Shown one piece after another: positions 51,481 through 60,701 of a DNA stretch of 64,000 nucleotides. Each line of letters starts with the position of its first letter. Position 1 is the first letter of the stretch. Made by a program: the position numbers and the translations under genes. The DNA lies in NCBI GenBank assembly GCA_002339325.1, contig DDKK01000031.1:22632-86631 (forward strand), written 5' to 3'. Source of the stretch: Nitrospiraceae bacterium UBA2600. GTDB lineage: Bacteria > Nitrospirota > Thermodesulfovibrionia > Thermodesulfovibrionales > Thermodesulfovibrionaceae. The notes below the pieces were generated by a model that made no database searches, was not told the DNA's origin, and saw only the letters and a list, made by a program, of their open reading frames with translations.

Positions 51481-53193
51481 ATGATAAGATTTAAGAACCT
51501 CAAAATAAGAACGAAAATATGGACTTTAGTTTTTGTCTCTCTGTTTGTTCTTTTGGTACTTCAATTTCTCTCAGCAACAGTCCTAAAGGAACTACTACTT
51601 GAAGACAGAAAGATGAAAACTCGTAATGTCGTTGAGTCAGTTTTCGAAATACTAACCTATTTCAACAACCTTGCAAAGGAAGGTAAAATATCAGAAGCAG
51701 AGGCAAAAACTCAAGCAAAGACTCTAATAAAAGCATTAAGATACGACGGGAAAGAATACTTCTGGATTAATGACGATAAACTTCCTTATACCACCATGAT
51801 AATGCATCCAACTGTTCCCTCATTGGATGGAAAAGTCTTAGATGATTCAAAATTTAACTGTGCCACAGAAATGCAAGAAGGCCGTAGTGGAAAAATAATT
51901 AAGACCGATGGGAAAAAAAATCTCTTTCAGGCTTTTGTAGAAATTACTAAAAATGAAAAAGAAGGTTATGTAACCTACCAGTGGCCAAAGCCACTTGCTA
52001 CAGGAGGAACAACTCAGGAGACATACCCTAAGCTATCGTACGTTAAAAAATTTGAACCATGGGGATGGATTATCGGCAGTGGAATATACATTGACGATGT
52101 TAATGCAATTTTCTATTCGAAATTAAAACAAATTCTCATCCAGGTTGCTTTTCTTGTCCTTTTACTGACTTTTATAGGATTTATTATTGCAAAAAGCATT
52201 ACAAATCCGATGAGAGAACTACTGACAATTCAAAATGCCGTAGCAGAGGGAAACTTAAATGTTAAATCAAACATAACCAGAAAAGATGAAATAGGACAGA
52301 TGGCAGAAGTTATCAATAGAATGGTTGAATCTTTAAGAAACATGATAGAGAGAATCAATAAAACTGTAAAAGACGTTGAAATCTCTGCTAAAAGTTTATC
52401 TGACAAAATAGCCCAAGAAGAACTCAAGGCTCAGGATTTCTCTGGTCAGATGCACAGGATTGCAGTTTCCTCAGAAGAAATGTCCCAGACAATAACAGAC
52501 ATAGCAAAGAACGCCTCTGAAGCATCTGAAAGCTCAGCAGAAACATATCAAATTGCCCAGGAAGGTAAAAAATTAACCGATACAGCAGTTAGTCTCATAA
52601 ATCATGCCCACACTTCTACTCAAGAACTTGCAAGGATAATTGAAAGTCTTAATACACGAGTTTCAGAAATAGGACAGATTTTAATTGTAATCAAAGATAT
52701 TGCTGACCAGACAAACCTCTTAGCTCTCAATGCTGCAATTGAGGCAGCCCGAGCAGGTGAACAAGGAAGAGGCTTTGCTGTAGTTGCCGATGAAGTGCGT
52801 AAACTTGCCGAGCGAACTATAAAGGCAACTGAAGAGATTTCAACAACCATAATATCTGTTCAAGAAGAATCAAAAAATACTACAAAATCAATGACTGAAG
52901 CCGCTAAGGAGGTAAATGAAGCAACCTCTTATGTTCAAAATGTAAATGAAGTGCTCGACAGAATAATGAAATCTGTAGAAAAAGTTAAAGAACAAATCAC
53001 ACAAATTGCCACTGCCGTAGAAGAACAATCGGCAGCAAGCGATGAAATTGCAAGAAACATAGAGATGATAGCAACTCTCTCTAAGGAAAGAGAGAAAATA
53101 GGTCAACAATTAAACTCTGACATCCAGACTCTCGGAAAAGTCTCTGAAACTCTACAACAAATCTTAAAATGTTTTAAATGTGCTCATGTTTAA
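51481..53193 (+). CDS. Methyl-accepting chemotaxis protein with single Cache sensor and HAMP
   Basis: TM-Cache(YFW, MHP, YQWPKP, KLSYV)-TM-HAMP; [37 protein letters not shown]. Confidence 0.96.
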   Translation: MIRFKNLKIRTKIWTLVFVSLFVLLVLQFLSATVLKELLLEDRKMKTRNVVESVFEILTYFNNLAKEGKISEAEAKTQAKTLIKALRYDGKEYFWINDDKLPYTTMIMHPTVPSLDGKVLDDSKFNCATEMQEGRSGKIIKTDGKKNLFQAFVEITKNEKEGYVTYQWPKPLATGGTTQETYPKLSYVKKFEPWGWIIGSGIYIDDVNAIFYSKLKQILIQVAFLVLLLTFIGFIIAKSITNPMRELLTIQNAVAEGNLNVKSNITRKDEIGQMAEVINRMVESLRNMIERINKTVKDVEISAKSLSDKIAQEELKAQDFSGQMHRIAVSSEEMSQTITDIAKNASEASESSAETYQIAQEGKKLTDTAVSLINHAHTSTQELARIIESLNTRVSEIGQILIVIKDIADQTNLLALNAAIEAARAGEQGRGFAVVADEVRKLAERTIKATEEISTTIISVQEESKNTTKSMTEAAKEVNEATSYVQNVNEVLDRIMKSVEKVKEQITQIATAVEEQSAASDEIARNIEMIATLSKEREKIGQQLNSDIQTLGKVSETLQQILKCFKCAHV

Positions 53194-53197
53194 AAGA

Positions 53198-53226
53198 AAA
53201 GAGAGCCCTTAATTAGGGCTCTCTTT
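53198..53226. terminator. Bidirectional intrinsic terminator
   Basis: AAAGAGAGCCCT-TAATT-AGGGCTCTCTTT between convergent MCP and peroxiredoxin. Confidence 0.85.
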
Positions 53227-53235
53227 CTTGATTTC

Positions 53236-53877
53236 TTATAATTTTTTATAGCAAAACCACCAGTCAAAGCATTCAAACTGTTTTGGTCTTTCACTGGCAT
53301 TTTTTACATCCGATGCAGGCGGTATAATAACCTTGTCTCCGATAAGTTCATTATTAGGCCACCCAGCGGGAATAGCAACCTTGTTTGCATCAGAGGTCTG
53401 AAGGGCTTTCACTGCTCTTATAATTTCATCAATATTTCTGCCAATCTCTTGTGGATAGTAAAGAATAAGTCTCAATACACCCTCGGGGTCAATAACAAAT
53501 ACTGCTCTTATTGTATTTGTCCCTTTGGCTGGACTTATCATGCCAAAAGACTTTGCAACTTCACCCATGTCATCTGCAATTATAGGAAAAGTAATTTCTA
53601 CCCCCAACTTTTCCTTAATCCACTCTACCCATTTAATATGGGCAAAAACCTGGTCAATGGACAAACCAATCAACTCGCAATTAAGCGCCTTAAATTCGTC
53701 AATTCTTTTCTGAAAAGCTACAAACTCAGTAGTGCAAACGGGTGTAAAATCTGCGGGATGACTGAAAAGAACAACCCACTTACCCCTGTAATCTCCAGGA
53801 AAGTTTACAACTCCATGAGTAGTTTTCAACTTCCTGTCTTCAATCTTCTCACCCAATAAGGGCATCCTTGATTCCAT
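53236..53877 (-). CDS. Peroxiredoxin (Prx6 / archaeal-like)
   Basis: [19 protein letters not shown]-terminal CFDWWFC. Confidence 0.95.
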   Translation of the reverse strand: MESRMPLLGEKIEDRKLKTTHGVVNFPGDYRGKWVVLFSHPADFTPVCTTEFVAFQKRIDEFKALNCELIGLSIDQVFAHIKWVEWIKEKLGVEITFPIIADDMGEVAKSFGMISPAKGTNTIRAVFVIDPEGVLRLILYYPQEIGRNIDEIIRAVKALQTSDANKVAIPAGWPNNELIGDKVIIPPASDVKNASERPKQFECFDWWFCYKKL

Positions 53878-53900
53878 AACAACACCTCCTAAAATTTATT

Positions 53901-53937
53901 TTATAAATATTATAAAATAATAATTAATTAAAGTCAA
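53901..53937 (-). promoter_or_regulatory. Sigma70 promoter with overlapping PerR-like box upstream of peroxiredoxin
   Basis: TTGACT(53937-53932)-N17-TATAAT(53914-53909); TTATAAATATTATAA at 53901-53915 matches TTATAATnATTATAA except at one position. Confidence 0.65.
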
Positions 53938-54087
53938 GACTTTTTAGAGCAATTTAAGCTGTATTGAACTTTAATAAATAAAATCCTGAATAGGCTAAGC
54001 CTTCCATTAATTTTAACTCTCGCTAATGACAACTTCATCTTTTTCTCAGAGCTTCATGATTTCGAAATCTTAGGAAAAAGAGTGGGC

Positions 54088-54137
54088 TTGACAAAATGAA
54101 AAATTTATGCTATCTTCTATTAACATTAAAAGTTAAT
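54088..54137 (+). promoter_or_regulatory. Sigma70 promoter of the hydrogenase operon plus palindromic operator-like site
   Basis: TTGACA-N17-TATCTT with TGn; ATTAAC-N7-GTTAAT at 54119-54137. Confidence 0.65.
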
Positions 54138-54273
54138 CTGTATAAACTCAACTAACCCGCCAGGAAGGCTTACAAGGGCTGAAGCCCTAAAAAATTCAAC
54201 TGAACCTGCCTGCCCGAAGGCTGGCTAAAAGCTAAGAAAGCAAAAAACTAAAAAATTTTTAGGAGGTTTTGCT

Positions 54274-55098
54274 ATGGAGCAGGGCTTCAAGCCTAAGGTT
54301 ATTGCCTTTTTATGTCATTGGTGTAGCTATGCAGGAGCGGATATGGCAGGTTCTTTAAGGTATAGTTATCCACCCTATTTGTATCCTGTTAGAGTTCCCT
54401 GTTCAGGACGAGTTGAGCCAGAGTTTGTAATTAAAGCCTTTCTGTCAGGTGCAGATGGTGTATTAGTTGCAGGATGTCATCCCGGAGACTGTCATTACAA
54501 AACAGGAAACTATTATGCAAACCGAAGATTTAATCTTCTCACAAGATTTCTTGAAGTAATTGGAATTCCAAAACAAAGAGTAAGGCTTGAATGGATTTCT
54601 GGTTCAGAAGGGTTTAAGTTTTCTCAGGTAGCAAAGGAATTTGTTGAAAAGATTCAAAGCCTCGGTCCTCTATCTCTCAAAACTCCCGTTGATATTGACT
54701 GGCAGACTCTTTCGCGTACTGTGGCAACCGTTGGCTCCGCAGGAAAACTATTCTGGGAGGAAGACAAATGCATGGCTGAGATGATTGACTTTTTCCTGAG
54801 CTACGCCCAAGAAAACTCCTGTGCAGAGTGCATTCCTTGCAGAATAGGCACGAAGAGAATGCAAGAGATGGTAAAAAAGATTTTTGACGGTTCCGTATCT
54901 ACACGAGAACTCTCTCTTTTAGAAGACTTTGCAGATGATATTGGAGCATCAAGCAAATGTGACCTTGGATTAATGGCAGGAAAAGCAGTCAAATTTGCTC
55001 TTCAACACTGCAAAAGCGATATAGAGGCTCACTTGAAAGGAAGCTGTGGTCATAGTATTCCAGCCAATCCAGGCTGGCAGACAGTAATGCTTAAATAA
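54274..55098 (+). CDS. MvhD/FlpD [2Fe-2S] domain fused to NuoF/HydB C-terminal [4Fe-4S] domain
   Basis: AFLCHWCSYAGAD, RVPCSGR, GCHPGDCHY, WISGSEG (MvhD); EDKCM, ENSCAECIPCRIGT, SKCDLG (NADH_4Fe-4S type). Confidence 0.9.
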   Translation: MEQGFKPKVIAFLCHWCSYAGADMAGSLRYSYPPYLYPVRVPCSGRVEPEFVIKAFLSGADGVLVAGCHPGDCHYKTGNYYANRRFNLLTRFLEVIGIPKQRVRLEWISGSEGFKFSQVAKEFVEKIQSLGPLSLKTPVDIDWQTLSRTVATVGSAGKLFWEEDKCMAEMIDFFLSYAQENSCAECIPCRIGTKRMQEMVKKIFDGSVSTRELSLLEDFADDIGASSKCDLGLMAGKAVKFALQHCKSDIEAHLKGSCGHSIPANPGWQTVMLK

Positions 55099-55116
55099 TT
55101 TCTGAGGAGGATAAAT

Positions 55117-56889
55117 ATGGCTAACGTAACAATCACAATTGATGGACAAAAGGTCACTGTGCCAGAGGGAACTACTATACTTAAAGCATCTGAACAGGTA
55201 GGCGTGAAAATTCCAACTCTCTGTTTTCTTGACCATGTCGGATTAAGGCATATCAAACACGATGTAGGAGCTTGCAGGATCTGTGTAGTAGAAGTAGAGG
55301 GAATGAGAGATTTTGTTTCATCCTGTAATACACCTGTTCAAGAAGGCATGGTCATAAGAACCAATACTCCTAAGATTTTAGCTGCCCGAAAGCTAAATCT
55401 TGAAATGATGCTGAGTGAACATCATCTTGACTGTCCTACCTGTCCAAAAAACGGTGCCTGCGAACTTCAGGCAGTTTGTGCAGAGCTTAATGTAAGGCAG
55501 ATAAGACCGCAGGGTGAGAAAAAAGATTTACCAATTGATGACTCCTCTCCATCAATAGTTAGAAATCCTAACAAGTGTATCATATGTCAGCGATGTATAA
55601 CTGCTTGCAAGGTTCTTCAGTCCGTTGACGTTCTTGAACTTTACGGAAATGGCTATGATGCGGTGGTGCGTCCTCTCGGTGGAAAGCCAATTATTGAAAC
55701 TCAATGTGTTGCCTGCGGACAGTGTGCCCTTGTTTGTCCCACTGCTGCTATTGTTGAAAGAGATGATACATGGAAAGTCTGGGAAGCAATTGCTGACCCG
55801 AAGAAACATGTAGTTGTCCAAACCGCACCGGCAACCCACGTAACAATAGGTGAAGCCTTTGGCTTACCTGTTGGAACTGATATTACAGGTAAAATGGTCA
55901 GTGCACTCAAAAGAATTGGATTTGATGCAGTCTTTGATACAAACTGGTCTGCAGACCTCACCATAATGGAAGAGGGATACGAGCTTATCCACAGAATTAA
56001 AAACGGAGGAGTGCTGCCTCAGTTTACATCATGTTCTCCTGGATGGATTAAGTTTCTTGAGGAGTTTTACCCTGACCTGATTCCTCATATTTCAAGTTGT
56101 AAGTCTCCTCAACAAATGCTCGGTCCAATAGCAAAAACCTATTATGCCCAGAAAAAAGGCATTTCTCCTGAAGATATCTTTGTTGTCTCAATAATGCCAT
56201 GCACAGCAAAAAAATATGAAGCAGCCAGACCTGAGATGAACGCAGCGGCAAAATTCTGGAAAAATCCCAATATCTCAAGGGATGTAGATGTAGTTCTTAC
56301 ATCAAGAGAACTAATAAGAATGATACGTGAAGCAGGGATTGATTTTGCCAAACTGCCAGACTCAGCCTATGACCCTGTTATGGGAGAAGGAACAGGTGCA
56401 GCCCAGATATTTGGAGCAACAGGTGGAGTTATGGAAGCCGCCTTAAGGACAGCCTATGAGGTGGTGACAGGCAAAACCCTTCAGAAGCTTGACTTTGAAG
56501 ATGTAAGAGGAATGAAAGATATTAAAGAAGCTTCGGTAAGCATGAATGGATTAACAGTGAAAGTTCTCGTTGCTCACTCCCTTGGTGCAGCAAGGCAACT
56601 TATGGAGAAAGTAAGAGCAGGTGAGCTCAAGGATTATCATTTTATTGAAGTTATGACCTGTCCTGGGGGATGTATTGGTGGAGGTGGACAGCCTATTCCA
56701 ACAACTGTTGAAAAGAGGGAGATGCGAATTGCTGGAATTTATGAAAGAGACAAAAAGATGCCTCTAAGAAAAAGTCATGAAAATCCTGAAATTCAGGCAA
56801 TTTACAAAGAATTCCTTAAGGAACCTCTCGGTCATCTATCTCATGAGTTACTTCACACTCATTACACACCGAGAGGAAAAAATAACTAA
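55117..56889 (+). CDS. hydA: [FeFe]-hydrogenase catalytic subunit, NuoG-like N-terminus, no signal peptide
   Basis: GACRICVVE..SC [2Fe-2S], HHLDCPTC..C, two CxxCxxC, H-cluster TSCSPGW, MPCTAKKYE, EVMTCPGGCIGGGGQP; fused small-subunit tail. Confidence 0.97.
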   Translation: MANVTITIDGQKVTVPEGTTILKASEQVGVKIPTLCFLDHVGLRHIKHDVGACRICVVEVEGMRDFVSSCNTPVQEGMVIRTNTPKILAARKLNLEMMLSEHHLDCPTCPKNGACELQAVCAELNVRQIRPQGEKKDLPIDDSSPSIVRNPNKCIICQRCITACKVLQSVDVLELYGNGYDAVVRPLGGKPIIETQCVACGQCALVCPTAAIVERDDTWKVWEAIADPKKHVVVQTAPATHVTIGEAFGLPVGTDITGKMVSALKRIGFDAVFDTNWSADLTIMEEGYELIHRIKNGGVLPQFTSCSPGWIKFLEEFYPDLIPHISSCKSPQQMLGPIAKTYYAQKKGISPEDIFVVSIMPCTAKKYEAARPEMNAAAKFWKNPNISRDVDVVLTSRELIRMIREAGIDFAKLPDSAYDPVMGEGTGAAQIFGATGGVMEAALRTAYEVVTGKTLQKLDFEDVRGMKDIKEASVSMNGLTVKVLVAHSLGAARQLMEKVRAGELKDYHFIEVMTCPGGCIGGGGQPIPTTVEKREMRIAGIYERDKKMPLRKSHENPEIQAIYKEFLKEPLGHLSHELLHTHYTPRGKNN

Positions 56890-56904
56890 CAAAAGGGGGA
56901 TTGT

Positions 56905-58302
56905 ATGGTAAGAAAAGTAAACACATTCAAGGGTAACGGTACAGTGAAGTCACAGACAGGAACTTACAGAGCAGGAGAGATAAGAGGAATAATCAAAATC
57001 AACGAGGGTAACTGTGTTGGCTGTCATACCTGTAGCAGTGTTTGTCCTGCAGGAGCAGTAAAAGGCTCCTTTGGAGACAAACACAGCATTGACCTTGACA
57101 GATGTATCAACTGTGGGCAGTGCCTACTTAACTGTCCCTTTGGTGCAGTTGAACAGATGAGCTTTGTTGATGTGGTAATGGAGAAACTCAAAGACAAAAA
57201 AACAAAAGTTGTTGCAATTATTGCTCCAGCTGTGAGAGTTGCCATTGGAGAAGAGTTTGGTGCTGAGCCAGGCACACTTACAGTTGGAAGACTCTGGGCT
57301 GCTTTAGAAAAAGCAGGTTTTCTAATTTATGACAACAATTTTGCAGCAGATCAAACAATTCTTGAAGAAGGCACAGAGTTACTTGCAAAAGTAGCAGCCC
57401 ATGCAGGGCTTAAACAGTTACCTGTTGAGCTCTGGGGGAAAAAAATAACTCTTGATATCAAAGAGTTCTCTCATCATCCCCTACCCCAGTTTACTTCCTG
57501 CTGTCCCGCGTGGGTGAGATATGTAGAGGTTTTCTATCCAAAACTTATTCCCTACCTTTCTTCAGCCAAATCACCCCAGCAGATGGCAGGAGCAACAGCA
57601 AAGACCTACGGTGCAAAGCTTTGGGGAGCAAAGCCTGAAAATATTTTCACCGTTGGAGTAATGCCTTGTACAGCAAAAATCTTTGAAGCCTCCCGTCCAG
57701 AATTTGATTCTGCGGCAAAATATTTAAAAAAGTCAGGTATGAAAGATGTCGATGCAGTTCTAACAACAAGAGACCTTGCAGAACTTCTAAAGCGTATGAA
57801 CATAGACCCAATGAAAATGTCTGAGGATGCAAGCAGAAAACCTGAGATGTTTAAATTTTACTCAGGTGGTGCTACCATATTTGGCACAAGCGGTGGAGTT
57901 ATGGAGGCAGCTGTAAGATTTGCATTCCATATGCTTTCTGGCCAGTCTCCTCAGGCAATGAGTCCTAAGTGGGATTTTGAAGGAGTGCGAGGATTTACAA
58001 AACCTGTTGCATCAGCAACAATTTCCGTTCCTCTAAAAGAAGAATATCAGAAAGCTCTCAAAACAAAAGAACTTCAGGTTAAGGTCTGTGTAGTAAATGG
58101 TATAGGAACAGATGGGGCACATCTTAAGCCAATATTGGAAGATGTCTTGGCAGGTAAAAGCCCCTATCACTTCATAGAGGTTATGAACTGTCCTGGTGGC
58201 TGTATTAACGGAGGTGGACAGCCAGTTCATCCAATTGAACTTTCTCTCTTAGACCAGCTTTTTTATTCTCTTGTAAAAAGCTTTGAAGGAGGTAAACTAT
58301 GA
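56905..58302 (+). CDS. hydA: Second [FeFe]-hydrogenase large subunit (Desulfovibrio-type, 2x[4Fe-4S])
   Basis: CVGCHTCSSVCP, CINCGQCLLNCP, TSCCPAW, MPCTAKIFE, EVMNCPGGCINGGGQP. Confidence 0.96.
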   Translation: MVRKVNTFKGNGTVKSQTGTYRAGEIRGIIKINEGNCVGCHTCSSVCPAGAVKGSFGDKHSIDLDRCINCGQCLLNCPFGAVEQMSFVDVVMEKLKDKKTKVVAIIAPAVRVAIGEEFGAEPGTLTVGRLWAALEKAGFLIYDNNFAADQTILEEGTELLAKVAAHAGLKQLPVELWGKKITLDIKEFSHHPLPQFTSCCPAWVRYVEVFYPKLIPYLSSAKSPQQMAGATAKTYGAKLWGAKPENIFTVGVMPCTAKIFEASRPEFDSAAKYLKKSGMKDVDAVLTTRDLAELLKRMNIDPMKMSEDASRKPEMFKFYSGGATIFGTSGGVMEAAVRFAFHMLSGQSPQAMSPKWDFEGVRGFTKPVASATISVPLKEEYQKALKTKELQVKVCVVNGIGTDGAHLKPILEDVLAGKSPYHFIEVMNCPGGCINGGGQPVHPIELSLLDQLFYSLVKSFEGGKL

Positions 58303-58625
58303 AAATCAGAAAGCTTACAAGAAGGTCTTTTCTAAAATTAGCAGGTGCTGGAATTATCAGCCTTTCCTTTACAAAGCCATCTTTTGCCGGTGATACAGCG
58401 GAGAAAAACTTTTTTGAGACAAAGGTCGGAAAAGAAAGACTTAAACTCATAAAGGCAAGACAGTCCGGGCAGTATAAGGATGATGTTATATCAAGAGAAA
58501 AATTCAAAATGGCCGCATCCCATGAAAACCCGATGATAAAAAGGTTTTACTCTGAGTTTGCTCATCATCCTTTAAGTGAAGTAAGTGAAGCATTGTTGCA
58601 TACGCATTACAAGGCAAGGGTATAG
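58299..58625 (+). CDS. hydB: [FeFe]-hydrogenase small subunit with Tat signal
   Basis: LTRRSFLK twin-arginine motif; SHENPMIKRFY..HPL...LLHTHY. Confidence 0.9.
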   Translation: MKIRKLTRRSFLKLAGAGIISLSFTKPSFAGDTAEKNFFETKVGKERLKLIKARQSGQYKDDVISREKFKMAASHENPMIKRFYSEFAHHPLSEVSEALLHTHYKARV

Positions 58626-58653
58626 TATTAGCCCGGGCTTAAAGGAGTTTAAA

Positions 58654-58935
58654 ATGGTGGTTTATTATAGTCTCGGCAATAGAAAATATTGGTTTACAAC
58701 AATTGAAAGGCTAATCCAAATCGCAGAAGTTCTCTCAAAGAAAAGCTATCTTCTTCATAACACTGAGGCTGTAAAGACTACCTATAATGATTGGTTCATT
58801 CTTGATGAAAACTACATAAGCAAAGTAAGCGAAATAATTGAAGAATGCGCAAGCGAGATTAAAGATGAGGAGCTTTTATGTGACCTCATGGCTTTGAAAG
58901 AAGTTTTTGACGGCGGAAGCGTAGTTTTCGGATAA
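58654..58935 (+). CDS. Hypothetical 93-aa protein in the hydrogenase operon
   Basis: AAGGAG SD at 58642 and ATG at 58654 (MVVYYSLG...); same strand as neighbours. Confidence 0.65.
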   Translation: MVVYYSLGNRKYWFTTIERLIQIAEVLSKKSYLLHNTEAVKTTYNDWFILDENYISKVSEIIEECASEIKDEELLCDLMALKEVFDGGSVVFG

Positions 58936-59025
58936 AAATGCCTTATCCGAGGGAGAAACTCCTGAGGAGAGGGTTTATAAAAGTTAAATAAAACCTGAGA
59001 CAGAGGAAAAATCTGAGGTCAAGGG

Positions 59026-59286
59026 ATGAATAGAAAGATTGGAATTGTTGGAATAATCGTAGCTGAAAGAAATAAAAATGCTCCTTTAGTAAACCAAATC
59101 CTCTCTGAGCATGCAGAGATAATTCTTGCCAGAATGGGAATACCTCAAAAGGAGACAGACACTGGCTTTATCTCACTTTTTGTAGAAGGAAACACAGACC
59201 GAATAGGCTCTCTTACAGGAAAGCTTGGAATGATAAAAGGTGTAACTGTAAAAAGCCTTCTTATCTCTGAAAAGGAGAAGAAATGA
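59026..59286 (+). CDS. TM1266-family putative iron-only hydrogenase system regulator
   Basis: IGIVGIIV, VNQILSEHAEIILARMGIP, LTGKLGMIKGVTVK; context. Confidence 0.85.
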   Translation: MNRKIGIVGIIVAERNKNAPLVNQILSEHAEIILARMGIPQKETDTGFISLFVEGNTDRIGSLTGKLGMIKGVTVKSLLISEKEKK

Positions 59287-60701
59287 TACGCATAGAGAGG
59301 GACTCTCTTGGTGAGCTTTCTATTCCGAAGGATGCTTACTACGGCATTCATGCATTAAGAGCAAAGGAAAACTTTTCTGTAACGGGACAACCACCTCACA
59401 GGGAGCTCATATGGGCTATGGCTATTGTTAAGAAAGCATGTGCATGGGTTAACAGAGAGATTGGAATGCTTGAGGATAACAAGGCAGACTCAATTCTTAA
59501 AGCCTGCGATGAGCTGGCAGTAGGTAACTTAGATGGACAGATTATCGTTGATGCTCTTTCAGGTGGAGCAGGCACAACAATTAATATGAATATTAACGAG
59601 GTTATTGCCAACAGAGCCCTTGAGCTTATGGGATTTGAAAAGGGTAGCTACGATGTAATTCATCCTCTCTTTCACATAAATCTAAATCAGTCAACGAACG
59701 ATGTTTTCCCCACAGCTGTTAAAACTGCCATTGTAAGGCTTCTGAGAGAGCTCGTAGATGAGGTTGCTTTACTTCAGGGTGAGTTTCAAAAGAAAGAAAA
59801 GGAGTATGCAAAAATTCTTAAGGTAGGAAGAACTGAACTTCAGGATGCTGTTCCAGTTACAGTTGGGCAGGAGTTTTCTGCCTGGGCAGAGGCTTTAAAC
59901 AGAGACTGGTGGAGGCTGAATAAGGCAGTAGAAAGGGTTCGTCAGGTCAATCTCGGTGGAACTGCTGTAGGCACAGGACTTAACTGTCCCAAGATTTTCA
60001 TTGATATGGCAATAGAGAAACTTCGGGAATTTACAGGGCTTCCTCTTGCAAAGGCGGAGAATCTCTTTGAGGCAACTCAGAATACAGATACATTTTCAGA
60101 GGCATCGGGATATCTTAAAACTTTAGCTTCAGACCTTATAAAAATTGCTTCAGATTTAAGGTTCTTAAGCTCTGGGCCAAAAGCAGGAATAGGTGAGTTA
60201 AGGCTTCCTGCTGTTCAGGTTGGCTCATCAATAATGCCTGGAAAGGTAAATCCCGTTATTCCTGAGATGGTTACACAGGTTGGAATAAAAGTGATTGCAT
60301 CAGACCATGCAGTAAGCTTTGCCTGTAGCATGGGGAATCTTGAGCTTAACCCGTTTTTACCACTTGTAGCACACGAACTTATTGGTTCTTTAAAGATGCT
60401 TAAGAGCTGTTCAACACTTTTTAGGGAGAGATGTATCTCAGGAATAACCGTTGATGAAGCAAGATGTAGAGAGCTTTTTGATAAGAGTTCCTGTATCATA
60501 ACTGCCTTTTCTCCCTATCTTGGCTATGAAACCTGTGCAGAGATATACAAAGAGGCAGTAAGCAAAGGCAGAAAAGTTGAAGAAATCCTGATTGAGAGAG
60601 GATTTTTCACAAAGGAAGAGATTGAGAGCATAACTCAACCACAGGAATTAACAACTCCCGGCTTTGCCGGAATTAAACATTTAAGGAGGCTTTTAAAATG
60701 A
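59283..60701 (+). CDS. aspA: Aspartate ammonia-lyase
   Basis: RIERDSLGE, GGAGTT.NMN.NEV, NQSTNDVFPT, GRTELQDA, GSSIMPGKVNPV. Confidence 0.92.
   Translation: MIRIERDSLGELSIPKDAYYGIHALRAKENFSVTGQPPHRELIWAMAIVKKACAWVNREIGMLEDNKADSILKACDELAVGNLDGQIIVDALSGGAGTTINMNINEVIANRALELMGFEKGSYDVIHPLFHINLNQSTNDVFPTAVKTAIVRLLRELVDEVALLQGEFQKKEKEYAKILKVGRTELQDAVPVTVGQEFSAWAEALNRDWWRLNKAVERVRQVNLGGTAVGTGLNCPKIFIDMAIEKLREFTGLPLAKAENLFEATQNTDTFSEASGYLKTLASDLIKIASDLRFLSSGPKAGIGELRLPAVQVGSSIMPGKVNPVIPEMVTQVGIKVIASDHAVSFACSMGNLELNPFLPLVAHELIGSLKMLKSCSTLFRERCISGITVDEARCRELFDKSSCIITAFSPYLGYETCAEIYKEAVSKGRKVEEILIERGFFTKEEIESITQPQELTTPGFAGIKHLRRLLK

Noticed and set aside
54140-54273. Known riboswitch (c-di-GMP, SAM, cobalamin, NiCo, ZTP, Moco)
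   Set aside because: No conserved core recognised by eye; kept only as an unassigned structured leader
58936-59025. Short hairpins between the 93-aa gene and the regulator
   Set aside because: Stems of only 4-5 bp with no T-tract; insufficient for a terminator or RNA call
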